The notes beneath the pieces are model-generated. The model made no database searches. It saw nothing but the letters and a program-made list of their open reading frames with translations, and had not been told where the DNA came from. The translations under genes and the position numbers were made by a program. Below, in pieces: positions 14,191 to 27,579 of a DNA stretch of 64,000 nt; the stretch's first letter is position 1, and each line of letters opens with the position of its first letter. Source of the DNA: the human T2T-CHM13v2.0 reference genome, Homo sapiens; the NCBI RefSeq assembly GCF_009914755.1, contig NC_060932.1. The stretch is one strand, 5' to 3'.

Positions 14191-15139
14191 CTCAAAGACC
14201 AAAGTACCTGCTCTGCTCCATTTGACCCATTTAATTCTAGATTTAAAAAGGCTGGTTCTGATAGTCTAAGTAGAACTGCTTTGGAGACCAGAAAATGTTA
14301 GTGTGATGACCTTCAGCATCCTATCTATGACACTAATTTGATCTTTGAGCCAGGATGAAACCTGGAAAAGAGCCCTTGGGCCACTGGCTCCAGCTGTGGG
14401 GTCTTCTGAGCGTCCCCTTTAACGTGGCAGACTCACAGCTTTGCGAGAGGTGGCTTTCCCAAAGCTGCTTGAAATTACACTCGTAACCTGGGAGTTTGAT
14501 AAGCCAAGGGGTCTGGGGTTTCAATTCCCTCTGTCCTCTGCTTTTCTAACTCGCAGTAATTATCTTTGTAATGCTCTAATGCTGAATAATGATGCTGCTA
14601 ATGCAGGCTGCACTTCGCGCACAGGTGCCAGCTGTTACCTCGCCGGGCAGCTGACCGCGCGGTGCACACTTGGGCGCATTCACTGAGCCCAGCCCCAGCC
14701 CACACCAACTAAACAAAGAAAGCCCAGGCCTTCCTACCGATCCACCCCGCCCCTCTCTCTCTCGGCCTTAAGGAGGCCCTTCTCCCTCCCTTCCCGGCCC
14801 ACGCTCTCCTCCTCCACCCCTCCCTCACTTCTTCCCCTAACAGCCCTCCCTCCTCCCTTCGGTGGTTTCTTCCTGCAGCAGAAATCCAGGAAACCGCCCC
14901 CCACATTTCCTTTACCCACGATTTTCTCCAGAGTCTGACTCACACACAATTCAGCTTGATTTGGAGTTCCCTTTTCTCTGCCCCATGAGAAACCCCAGCT
15001 CTCCCATTCATTTCTGGGAGTACAGGCTTGCCAGATAAGGTTGCTTATTTTTGAGTCTGATAATTGACCTTTCATCATGGGGGTCGGGGGGAGGCATATT
15101 GAAGACAAATTACCAAAGAACAAATGTGAGGCTGTTGGC

Positions 15140-15142
<3 letters not shown>

Positions 15143-15186
<44 letters not shown>
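15143..15186. repeat. (CA)n microsatellite, about 22 units
   Basis: Direct reading. Confidence 0.98.
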
Positions 15187-15189
<3 letters not shown>

Positions 15190-15559
15190 GACCCTTTACA
15201 TATTTGTCCATAGAACAGCCTTCAGCAGACAACATCTGCAGGATGAGTCGTTTTTCGGTAACTTTAATCTCGTAATTCATTGTTTCTCTGGTGCTGGTTA
15301 CAGTAGCTAAGAGGGTGGAACGGCAGGACAATTTGTCACACAAACAAATTTAAATGTGGACCGAGGGGTTTGCCCACCTTATGATGAGTGGTTGACTTGT
15401 GGCCAAAAACACAAAACAAAAACAAAAACAAGAGGTGGGGTTGATGAGGTCTGGGGGACAAGAGTTGCAGTTTCGAAACAGAGTGGAGGCTCCTTTAATC
15501 TTGACAGCCCGAATGCTACAGGGGTCACAGCACATCTGCTCCGGAGGAAAGACAAAGGG

Positions 15560-16240
15560 CAAGGTGGGGCCACGGTAGCCCGCGCGGGGCTCTTGGCGGG
15601 CTGGGGGCGGCGTGCGCCGAGCTGGGCGCGAGTGGAGGGGCCGGCGGCTTTGTGCGCCCCCGCCAGTGCCCGCCCGCAGCCCCGCCGCAGCGTTTAACCT
15701 TGACTTCTCCCTCCTCGCTTCTGGCACGGGAGGAAAGCCTGTCCAGATGGGCGTCCTGAGTGTGACGACGTCCCCTCCCGCCCCCGCGCTCTCGCGCAGA
15801 TGTCGCACGCTGCCCTGGGTCCCGCCACACCGCCCACCAAGGCCGCGGGCCCTGCGCGCCCGGGGCAGGCGGGCACATCCCGCACCCTCTCCGCCCGCCC
15901 GCCCCCGGCGCCCTTCGCATTCCCTTCTTCGGCCCTGGCCCCTCGGACCGGAGCGCCCAGGCCAGCTCAGGGTGTTCCCGTGGGGGTCTCCGGAAACAAT
16001 GGTGAGCCTGTGCTCTGCTGGCTGGGGGGCGTCGTCCCCGCAGCTGGCGCGTCCCTCCAGGCTGAGCGCCCAGCGCCCCCCGCGGCCCTAAGTTGGGCCA
16101 CCTGGCGGGGCGCTGCGGCCGGGCCGGGCGGGGACATCTGAGGCCCGAGAGACCCGCGCTCATGGACAAGTGTCGCCCGCGCCGGGCAGGGCCGTGGAGA
16201 CAGACCACGCAGTGACAGGCCGGAGGCGGCTCGAGGGATC
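15560..16240. promoter_or_regulatory. CpG island 1 (orphan promoter or enhancer candidate)
   Basis: Very GC-rich, dense undepleted CpG, GC boxes (gggcggg, ccgcccc), ETS core ccggaa at 15990. Confidence 0.9.
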
Positions 16241-16573
16241 CGTAATTTATGATGTTGTTCTTACCAATCCGGTTTGGGATTTCACAAGCTTTGTCAGTTT
16301 CCTTCCCATTTGTTGCTTCCGTCTGTCCTTTTGGAGAAGACTCTTTCCCTCCCCAGGACAGCAGCAGTTGCCCTACTGAGTTAATGTGATAAGGAGAAAA
16401 AAAAAAGGGATTGATGGTTAAGAGAATGGTTGAACACAGGTAAGGGGGTGGGGCTGAAAGAGAGGTTGCTTAGTCTTTTGTGTACCTTCGACCAATTCTA
16501 CCCAGACCATGAAGAAAAAAGTAAGGCCATTTTCAGAGAGATGGGGTGGAGGGTTCACGCTGAGAGGTAGTGA

Positions 16574-17086
<513 letters not shown>

Positions 17087-19904
17087 TGAGGCACTGCAGC
17101 CTTAGTGCTCCTAACTTAGGATACATTTGGGGACCCTTGGGCAAAAGGACACACCTGTCTTGAAAATTCCTTAAGCTGCTTTAGTGATTGGGGAAAACTT
17201 TATGGATTTTATTAACTTTTAGTGCAATGAATAAATGTTAGGCACAACAAAGAGCCCTAAACTAGCTGGGGAAAGTTTTTCTCAGGCCACTTTTCCAGTT
17301 TTGTTTTGATTTTTTTCTTGAAAAAAAAATGTATTCTAGACCCCTTCCTTTTCTCCTTTGGACTTGGTGTTGCTAAATGGAACTCAGGCCAGAGCAACTG
17401 TTGCAAATGCCTGCTGCGGTTGCCTCTACAACACAGGCCTGTAAAGACTAGAGTAAGAAGAGGTTTGAAGTGAGTAGTTCCCTCCCAGATGCTGCCAGTG
17501 CAGAGGCAAGGGGAGGGTGGTTCCGGCCAGGGGCTGCTCCCATTGCTCCTGTGGGTGAGGAGGGGACAGGCGTGGGAAGAGCCTCGAACTCCAGAGCCAG
17601 CAGCCCCTGCAGATGGCTGGGTCATTTTGTGGTTTACAAATGACCAAGTCAGGTTGAAGCCACAGTCACTGTGGTTACAGGCACCCGTGATTAGTCACAC
17701 TGTTAGTGACCCAGTTACGGCACACCCTCTTTTAAAAAGGACATTATTCAACATCTTGCTAGCTTGATTTCAGAAATTGTCCCTGTATATAAGGAAAATG
17801 AAAACTGCAAGGGTTGGGGGATTGAAATCTAGGGTGTGTATTTAGGACTGCCAGGAGTTTGGTCTGCTGAAAAGGAGCACAGGTGGGGTGTGACTTTTGT
17901 GGCGAGTAGAATTCCACTGAACTTGAACTAGAGATTGCCTTCCAAGTTCAGGTACGACCCTTTCACAGGGCAGTCTCAAAGGGGTCTGGGAGAGAAAGAC
18001 AAGGGCCTCCTGAGCTTCGACTTGGCTCATGTGTTTGTGGCCATCTGTGAAATGAAAGTGGGGAGTGAGGAAAGCAGGAAGGGGAAGAAGAACCCTGAAT
18101 ATGGAGACTTGTGTGGGTTTTTACTTTTTAAAAATAGCATTTCTTTTACCACAATGCTGCAAGAACTTGTAAACATGAATCCCCAGCAATAGTAAACAAA
18201 TTAGTCTAAGTTCTTTTATGTGAAAAGTAAGTAGAGCAAGTGTCTCTTGGTCTCTGTCTCTCTATCTCTTTCACTCTCTCATTTTTTTTTTCACAAAGAG
18301 AAAATGCAAAACAAAAATATCCCCTCCTCTTAAAAGCTTCTTTGCTGGTGAGTGTTTGTCCAGGAACAAATAGTCTTTTATTCTAGTGGTGTCCAAAAGT
18401 TCATAAGCAAAAAAAGTGCCCAACGTCTGGTTACCCACAATACAGTCTCTGGCTACATAGTGGAGCTTTTCTGTCCTGAATTTGTGATCTGCTATCAGAG
18501 TCCTTTAATTTTTCTGAACAGAAGCCTCTTTGGAAGAAGAAAGGATGGGGGTGGGGAGCAACACTGGAATCGGTCTTTTTTTTTTTTTTTTTTTTTTTTT
18601 TTCCTTTTTGCTGTTTTCTTCCAGTCAGCAAGTAGTGCTTGGATTCTTCTGATCTTTCCCAGCATCTTCCTGAGGTGCGGGCCACGGAAGGGTTAAGGAG
18701 GCTGCGGGCAGGTTTTTCCCTGCAGGGGTGGGGCAGCTGGGCAGGCACCACCCACCCCTGAGGCCCTTTATCTCCTTTGGAGATTTTCTTTTTACAGCGT
18801 GTTTAATGCAATCTTCAGTGATGACCGTCTTTTTAAAGCCATAGGTTTCCTTTAACTGTCGGGAGTCTACAGATATTCTCGACATTCCAAATGTAGGATC
18901 TGGTGAGATGAAAGGAAAGAGGCAACTGATTAGGAAGAAGATGGACTATTGTTTTGAGAGATGGGCAAAAATAATGATTTGAAACTAAATTTTAATTGCT
19001 GATAAACAATCAGTTTAAACATTTGGCTGCTTTTTGTTGGTGGAAGCTTCAATTTCAATGAATTCAATTTGACACACTTTTACAGAGCAGCCTTGGTAAA
19101 AGCCAGGTGCTCTCCTATGTGCCCCAGATGCAGGTGAGAACAGGGTACCCCAAGGCCATGCTCTCATGGAACTTTTATGGGGTGGCGGTGGGGGCTAGGA
19201 AGTAATTTTAAAAATAACTTTTGGATAGAGATAAGTGCCTTGAAGATAATAAAACAGAATAGAGAGGTTTCTCTGAGGAGTTGATATTTGAGCCAACCAT
19301 GGTGCCCCTTGGAAGAAATGGTCCAGGCAGACATCCACATAAAGGCCTGAGGCTGAAATGAGCCGCGTGGAGGCCCCTGTCACCGGGATGGGGAGAAATA
19401 GAGTGGAGAAGGGGTTCAGGGTCCCTTCACCCACCGATTCCTCTGTGCTTACCAGCGTTGGTGATTTGCACAACCCCAGGGGTGCTGTCATTACTGTGGG
19501 CTGCCTGTAACCGGCATCTACTGTGATTCAGGTCCAGTTGCAAGCCAGCAACACAGCTGACAGTTCAGACCCCATCCCTTTTATCTGTAAATCTCCTTTG
19601 CCTTGACTTTAAAGCCAGCCATATTTATTGAAAGCAGCAGAAGCAGCAGAACAAAGACAAATAAATGGTGTCTGATGTGCAGGAGGGAGGTGCAAAGGAG
19701 TGTGTCTTGGGAGCTGGCAGACTGGTGGGAGGGGCTGGGTTGCAAAGGTTTGAGGTGAGAGATCCATGACTCATCCAATGGAGGACCAATATTCCTCTCA
19801 GGTGAATTTTGTACCCACTGGAAGCAGTCCTCTCTGACGTGGGCATGGCTTCCTTTCTCCTCTTCCTTTGATTCTCCTTCTGCCTATATGTCCCAGAGGC
19901 CTGA

Positions 19905-20417
<513 letters not shown>

Positions 20418-21199
20418 TGATGGACAAGGGTTTTCCAGTCCTTGGGAAGAAATATGAGGGAGAGGAAGAAATAAAGGAAGAGTAAATGAGGCAGCAGGAA
20501 GAAGAGGAACTAGGGGCTGAGGTGGGGGTGGGAGGACTCTTCCGCCTTCATCCCCAGGTCTCCATGTTGGGGAAAGAATTGTTGTCAGGTGTAAGTAAAC
20601 TCACGCGCTAAGATTGACTGTTTCTGGCATCTTTTAAAATGGGGTGCTGTGGACACCCCAGCTGTTTGCCTCAGGCAGTTCCCCTAGTGGGGTCTCTAAA
20701 TGGGTGGGTCTGCCTACCTCCTGTTCCTCTCAGGGCCTCTGTCTCCTGCCAGGGCTGCAGGGAGCTTTACACACGGGCCCTGGGAAGTTGATTGGAAGCT
20801 AGCAGTTCATCTCTGCACTGCCAGCTCTCAACGGCCCTTTGGCCTGTTGAAAAGCGCCCAGAATGGCAACCCTGGGGCTATTTACAGTCAGGAAGCAGAG
20901 AAGGCTCTGGAGAAACCACCTTAGCTCACTCTTTTGGGCAGAGGCAGCTGCTAGGCAGAGGCAGGGACATGGGTCTAGAGGCCTTGGGCCTCCTTCTCTC
21001 CTGGCCTCTGACTGTCACCCTCTCCTGGCCCCACTCATCAGATAGGAAGCTAGGCTTCCTATCTTTTCAACTTCAATTCTCTTCCACAATAGAGATTTCT
21101 GCTTTGTTTCATCAAGCTATCTAGAGTCACAGAAAACTGATATTCCCCTTCCCCAACCCCGCCATTCCATCTTTCCCTTGATCTCCCAAGTTCCAGCTC

Positions 21200-21425
21200 T
21201 GAGTTCCAAGACAATGGGTCTGAGTCCTAGCTCTGCTGCTTTCTGGCCATATGACCTCAATAAGCTGTAGGCTTTCTTGGAGCCTCAGGTAACTCATTTA
21301 TAGAGTGAGAATAATAGTGGCACCCATCTCATAGACTTGCTGTGAGAATTAAACAAAGTCATTGATGAAAAGTTCCTCAAAACATGCCTTGCTCATGCAA
21401 AGGGCTTAAATACAGGCTGGCCATT
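21200..21425 (+). mobile_element. MIR
   Basis: gggtctgagtcctagctctgctgc...atgacctcaataag...gagcctcagg...gtgagaattaaa. Confidence 0.75.
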
Positions 21426-22059
21426 ACAACAATCAGCACTGAATCTTGCAAGCTAGCTCCTCCTTAATCTCTCTCCTCTCTTGGCCTTCATAACCTCATA
21501 TTATGCTCTGGGGATGGACTCTAGTCTCTGCTTTCTCACTCATTCCTTGAAGTCCTTCTTCCATCTTCGTTTCTGCTCTTCTTGACTTAACTGTCAAGTT
21601 CCTGTTGGCCCTATATTTGGCTCACACTGTAGAAGCTCCTTCCTTCATTCTTCCACCATCACCTCTAGACAAGTTACTTCCAAATTGTCATTTCTGGCCC
21701 TTGCCTCTCTGCAGCTGGTGTCCTGCCACTCTAAGTGTCACTTGGACTTCTTGTGCCATCACAAACCCAATGAGACTCTCACAAAACCAAATCATCATCT
21801 TCCTGCTAAACCAGAAATCCTCTCTCAACTTCCAAATGTCTTGGAGCCATACTGGTTCCAACTTCTCCTGAATACTCTTCTTCTCTACCACTGTCCTCAT
21901 CTACTGAGACTGGTCCAAAGCCCCTTTGTTCTTACTGACTCCTTCTCACAGCTATTTCTTTTCCAAGACCATCATACATGCCTAGATCCTGAGCACCTCA
22001 TGACTGTGATGCTCTAGTTGCTATATAACCAGGCCCCCAGGTTCCACATTCTCTTCTCT

Positions 22060-22554
22060 GATCACAGGATGGGCTCAGCATTGGAGATATAACAGAGCAA
22101 TACCCTGCCTACAGGGAGTTTACAGTCAAACCAGGGAGAAAGACAATCAAGTAATTACAGTGAAGGTTGGCAAGTACTCTGGGTGGTCAGGCACAGAAGG
22201 TCACAGGGCCACATACTAGGGATACTTAACCTTAAGTTCAGAAGATCAGATAAGACTTTGTGGAGGACATGAAATCTAAGCTGAGGCACAAGAGAAGAGT
22301 AAGAGCCGCTAGGTAGGGGAGGAGTTCCACACTGAGAGGCACAGGGTACACAAAAGTCCTTCAGGCAGATAAGCATGACATGTTTGAGGAACTGAAAGCG
22401 GTTCAGCCTGGGCAGAGTGTGGGCAGGATGCTGAGACACAGGACTGGAGAGGTTACAATGAACAGTGCCCTGGAGACCACGCACATGAGTTTTGATTTTA
22501 CCCTAAAAGGAAAGCCATGGGAGGGTTTTAAATGCTGTCGCCCATGCGCGAGCA

Positions 22555-22599
<45 letters not shown>

Positions 22600-22830
22600 T
22601 TGTGTGTACACTGACCAGACTTGAGTATTGGCTGTTGGAGAGGAGCAAGACCAAGGCAGGGAAACCAGCAAGGAGGTTGTGGCCTGTAACACGGGAGGCG
22701 GTGGAGCCTGCACTGGGGTGGGGCAGAGAAGCAGAAGGACATGGGCAGTATTTGAGAGGATTTGAGATAGGTTGGATATGGGAAGCTAAGAAGGGAGGGT
22801 TGAGGGGAACTCACAGGTCAGAAACCTGGG
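22060..22830. mobile_element. L2 fragment(s) containing a (TG)n tract
   Basis: ccctgcctacagggagtttacagtc...gtttgaggaactgaaag...gagttttgattttaccctaaaaggaagccatgggagggttttaa. Confidence 0.7.
22555..22607. repeat. (TG)n microsatellite
   Basis: Direct reading. Confidence 0.97.
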
Positions 22831-23045
22831 AGGATATTAGTGATTCATTGAGTTTGGAAACTTTGGGAGCATGTGGAGGGAAATGGATGGGTTCACTCAC
22901 TTAATGAATACTGAGTCTGAGGTTCCTGAGAGACATCCACATGGATATGTGTTTGGGAGCACTGGTCATGATTGGCAAAGCCAGGCAGAGACTTGTGACT
23001 TGAGATTCTGACAAAGTGTGTGTTTATTGCTTCTGTAGTTTGAGA

Positions 23046-23566
<521 letters not shown>

Positions 23567-23946
23567 TCAAGCTAGTTCAAATAAAATGTGGTATTGTTCA
23601 AATACAGAGGGCTCCATGGGAAACATTGTCCACAGGGAAGCTGTGAGAATGGGAAAAGCTCTTCTGAACTACACAGGAGGACCATATGGCCTCTTGTTCC
23701 TCCATTTCTGCTTCCCTCCCTGCTTTGTAGGCACGTCTTCTCTGCTTATCCATGTGGCCTCCATCCTCTGTTATCTTTGCTCTCTACAGAACCAATCCTT
23801 TCTACTCCCCCAACTGGCCTAAGATCTGAATTGAAAAGCTTACGCTAGACTTTATCACAATTTATGCATCTCCTTATGTAAATTATTGAGAAGTTAATGG
23901 CTCAGCAGCTTTGGGTCAGGTGACCATTCTGGTCCAATCAGTGACA

Positions 23947-23949
<3 letters not shown>

Positions 23950-23977
<28 letters not shown>
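23950..23977. repeat. (TG)n microsatellite
   Basis: Direct reading. Confidence 0.95.
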
Positions 23978-23980
<3 letters not shown>

Positions 23981-24854
23981 GTGGGGAGGGGGATTCTATG
24001 TAAGGGGTGTAGTCAGACCAGTTCAATACAGTGATTTTTGGTAGGACAGGATGTTACACTTATTTATTTGTCTAACCTATTAAATGTTTCTGCTGCTACT
24101 ATGTCTTTCACGTAGCAGGAGGAAAGCATAAAACACTGAGTGTGAGTGGCCCCTTTACCAGTGAGATCTTGAGCAATTTACATGCACTCTCAGAACTTCA
24201 ATTCCCTACTCTGTAAAATCAGTGTCTCCTTTACCAGCAGAGGGAATTAAATGAGATAACGCTGTGATGTGCCCAACAGATGGTAGGAAGCACTCATGAC
24301 TGCTCCTTTCCTCCTGTTACTTCTTCTTATGCTTGTTCAAGTCACTGTTTTTTCAGAAAACAGAAATTGTACTTGTCAAGTCACTTTTTTTGAGTGATTC
24401 CTATGCATAAACATTAACCAATATTTATGGAATGATCATATATTTTATTCCATTAGCAAGTAATTATAACCACTCAATAACATCTTGGAAAACTGAGATG
24501 AGAAAAAATCATTTACTCATAATCCTGCCATCCAAATAAAAACATAAACCATTTGATTTATTTCTTTTTAGCTTCTCTTCTAGGCATTTTTTAATTTTAC
24601 ATAATATAATCATAATTTATACATAATAAAATGTATTTTAAGATGTTTAAACCTAAATTATTTGCAGAATGAAAAACATACTTTGAAAGCATTTGACTTT
24701 CATTAATCTAGAATATCGATTGACATCTTATTGTAATTTCCTCTGTTTCACCCAGCACATCTCAGGATGGGGCAATATTTGGTGAGAACCATATTGGATT
24801 CTACCAAATTACAAATATATTCCAGGTAAGAACTATGTCCATTCAACTGCACTT

Positions 24855-25070
24855 TGAGATGTTAGATTTAATGCAAGGCTAATGAGGCCAAGCCGTAGGT
24901 TTCATTTTCACAGGAGCCAATTAACCTTACTACTATATCCACAGATTTTACCCCAATCCTGGTTTCCCACCTTGAAAATGAGTGCCAGGGGTCATAAGGA
25001 AGACTGAAAGAGAACATAGAGAGTTCAGTGCAAATCTATTGCCGTTACCAGACAGTAATTCAACAGCTTC
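24855..25070 (+). mobile_element. MamSINE1-like ancient tRNA-derived SINE
   Basis: Degenerate tRNA-Ile-like head gttaga...gctaatgaggccaagccgtaggtttcatt...gagcca, then ccacag...accccaatcctgg...gtgccaggggtcataagga...ttcagtgcaaatctat. Confidence 0.6.
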
Positions 25071-25428
25071 ATCTTTGAACCATTAGGTGAGCTTCTATTA
25101 GGTGAAGTTCCATTAGGTAAACAATTAGGTGCATTCTAGATACAGCTAGAATACAACTAGTCCAGAACTAGCTCTTTTCAAGGATGTTATATGTAAAAAT
25201 CTCTTTAGCTTCAAATGAAACAGGGTTAAGCAGCTGTAAACCGTGATGAATACTAGAGAATTCCTTAAGCAGTGAAGTCTTTCCTTAAATAAACACCACT
25301 CAGCTGGTTGGAGTTAGTAATTCTGAGAGAAGTAAAGTATACCTGCTGATTGTTCTATGACATGAATAAGCCTTGGAGAAGATCTTGAAAGCACTTGGGA
25401 GAGGTTGGATAAATTGATATATGCTGAC

Positions 25429-25770
25429 TGTCTTAGTCCAGTCATCCGGCTAGAACCAAATCCCAGAGACTGAGGGGCTTATCAACAACATACATTTATT
25501 GCTCACAGTTCTGGAGACTGGGAACTCCATGATCAAGGTGCAGGCAGTTTCAATGTCTGGTGAGGCCCTGGTTCCTGGTCCATAGATGGTGTCTTCTAGC
25601 TGCATCATCACATGGAAGGGGGAGGAGTCTCTTTCAGGCCTCTTTTATAAGGGTCCTAATCTCATGATCTAATTACCTCTCAAAGGTCCCACCTCCTACT
25701 ACAATGGCTTTGGGGTATAAGATTTCCACATAAGAATTTGGGGAGGACACAAACATTCTGACCATAGTAC
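25429..25770 (-). mobile_element. MLT1A/MLT1A0 MaLR solo LTR
   Basis: tgtcttagtcc...catttattgctcacagttctggag...ggacacaaacattctgaccatagta. Confidence 0.88.
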
Positions 25771-26629
25771 AAATTATCGCATTTACCTGGTGACATCTTA
25801 GAGCAGACAAAAATTTTAAAAATTCCATTAGAGAAAAATGCATCATGCTCTTGGGGAAATTTTTGAAATGATACCAAATATTTGTCACTGAGAATCTGCA
25901 CTGATAACATTTACTTTCTGTGTGCTTATGTGCTTGCTTTTAAGGTTGGCCTGATCACTCACTCACCACTCCCTGCAACTCCATGGAGAAGATATAAGCT
26001 GTCAAAAATGTATTTGTGAGTCTGATGAGCTCTTTCACCCAGGTGACAGGGGTTTCTGCCATATTAATATTCTTCTTCTTCTCCACCTTTTGTGTTTCAA
26101 TGCTGGGCCTGGAGAAGGCAGGGACCTTGGCTCTTCCACGGTGGCTGTTCATCAGCACTCACACATCCACCACACCGGTTTAGTCGCACGCTGGAAGGTA
26201 AATGTGTACCATGGAAGATATCGGGCTGTTTTTGTAGCATCTGGATTGCCACTGCCCCCTCCCCTCCACTACCCCAAGTCCTCTTTTCTCCTCTTTGGAG
26301 AAGACACAGTTCAGGCTAAGAGCTCATGTTTGAGGCCTCGCTGAGTTGCTGTTTGATATTGTTCTTGCTTCTTACCACATTGGTGGCATTGAATGTCCTT
26401 ATTGATTTTTGCCTGATTGGTCTAACTTAGAACAGGATCAGCTTCATAAATGGGACATCTTGTGGGCTGAAATATGAGATTTGTTTTAACAAACCACTCC
26501 TAACCATCATCTCTTTAAGGGAAGCCAGGAAAGGCAATTGCTGAATTTCTTCTTGGCCTTCTCTCTGGTTATCCCTCTCACTCCTCCTACTTTTCCTTTT
26601 CTCTTTCAGGCTGCTTTCTCCTACTAGTT

Positions 26630-26700
26630 ACAAAACAAACAAAAAACAAACAAACAAAAAAACAAAACAAAACAAAAACTAAACTAAACCAAAAACAATA
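26630..26700. repeat. A-rich (CAAA/CAAAA)n low-complexity tract
   Basis: Direct reading. Confidence 0.9.
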
Positions 26701-27579
26701 AATGCCAAACAATACTCAAAGAACTACCAAATTATTCCCTGGGCCCCTGAATCAGATGGAGCTGAATCATTCTGGCTGCTAACTGAGTGAAGGGTGTTGG
26801 GGAAAAGTGCCATTGTGTAAGTTAAGGAAAGGGTCAGAGAACCGAAAAGACAGCAGCTGTATGAAAGGGCTTCTGTGCTGGGATTCTCCTTTTAAGCTAT
26901 CCAAAGGCACAAATCAAGAACCGCAACCTTGGAGATATGACAAATGAACACAATTCTGGTTTTTTGTTTTATTTTAAAGTGAAATTCCACTGTTTCCCAA
27001 GAATTTGCACATGAAGCTTTACATATTTTTCATGTCAGCCCCCTTCCTTGCCACCTTTGTTTTCCAGCCTGCCTCCCCTTAACAGCTGGACACATCACCG
27101 TTCCATTTTTCTATTAGTTGTGACTGAAGTAGCTTGAGGTCAATTATTTCCCCAGCAATTGACAAAGAATCTTGATGAAGAGGAAAGTGACATTGTCCCT
27201 TGAACAACACTGCTCCCTCCTCCCCCTGCCCTCCCGGCTGAGAGGAGAGAGCAGGGCAGACTTTCCTTTTGCAAGGAGCCCAGCAGGGCGGTGGCGGTGG
27301 GGTCTGTGGAAGTGCGTGGGTAACATATGGTAAGTGGAGAAAATATTTATATTCATGGTGAAAGAGCAGGAGAAGATCCAAAGAAGGTCATTCCACAGAG
27401 ATTTCAAGCAAGAGACACTGACTTGATATTGTATCTTTGACCTGGATACAACAGAGAATTTAAAGAAAGAGTTTTCTTTTGTGGCTTTCCTGCCACCGTT
27501 ACTTCCAACAATCCGAATTATTGGCAATTTAAAAAAGAAAAGATTCCGCCCACTAAACTTGATAAAAGTATCACACTGG

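Noticed and set aside
15525-16208. 227-aa and overlapping ORFs in CpG island 1
   Set aside because: Arg/Pro/Gly/Ala-rich, open in several frames, no recognisable domain; expected from stop-codon scarcity in GC-rich DNA.
24855-24920. tRNA-Ile gene
   Set aside because: Too degenerate for a cloverleaf; better explained as a SINE head.
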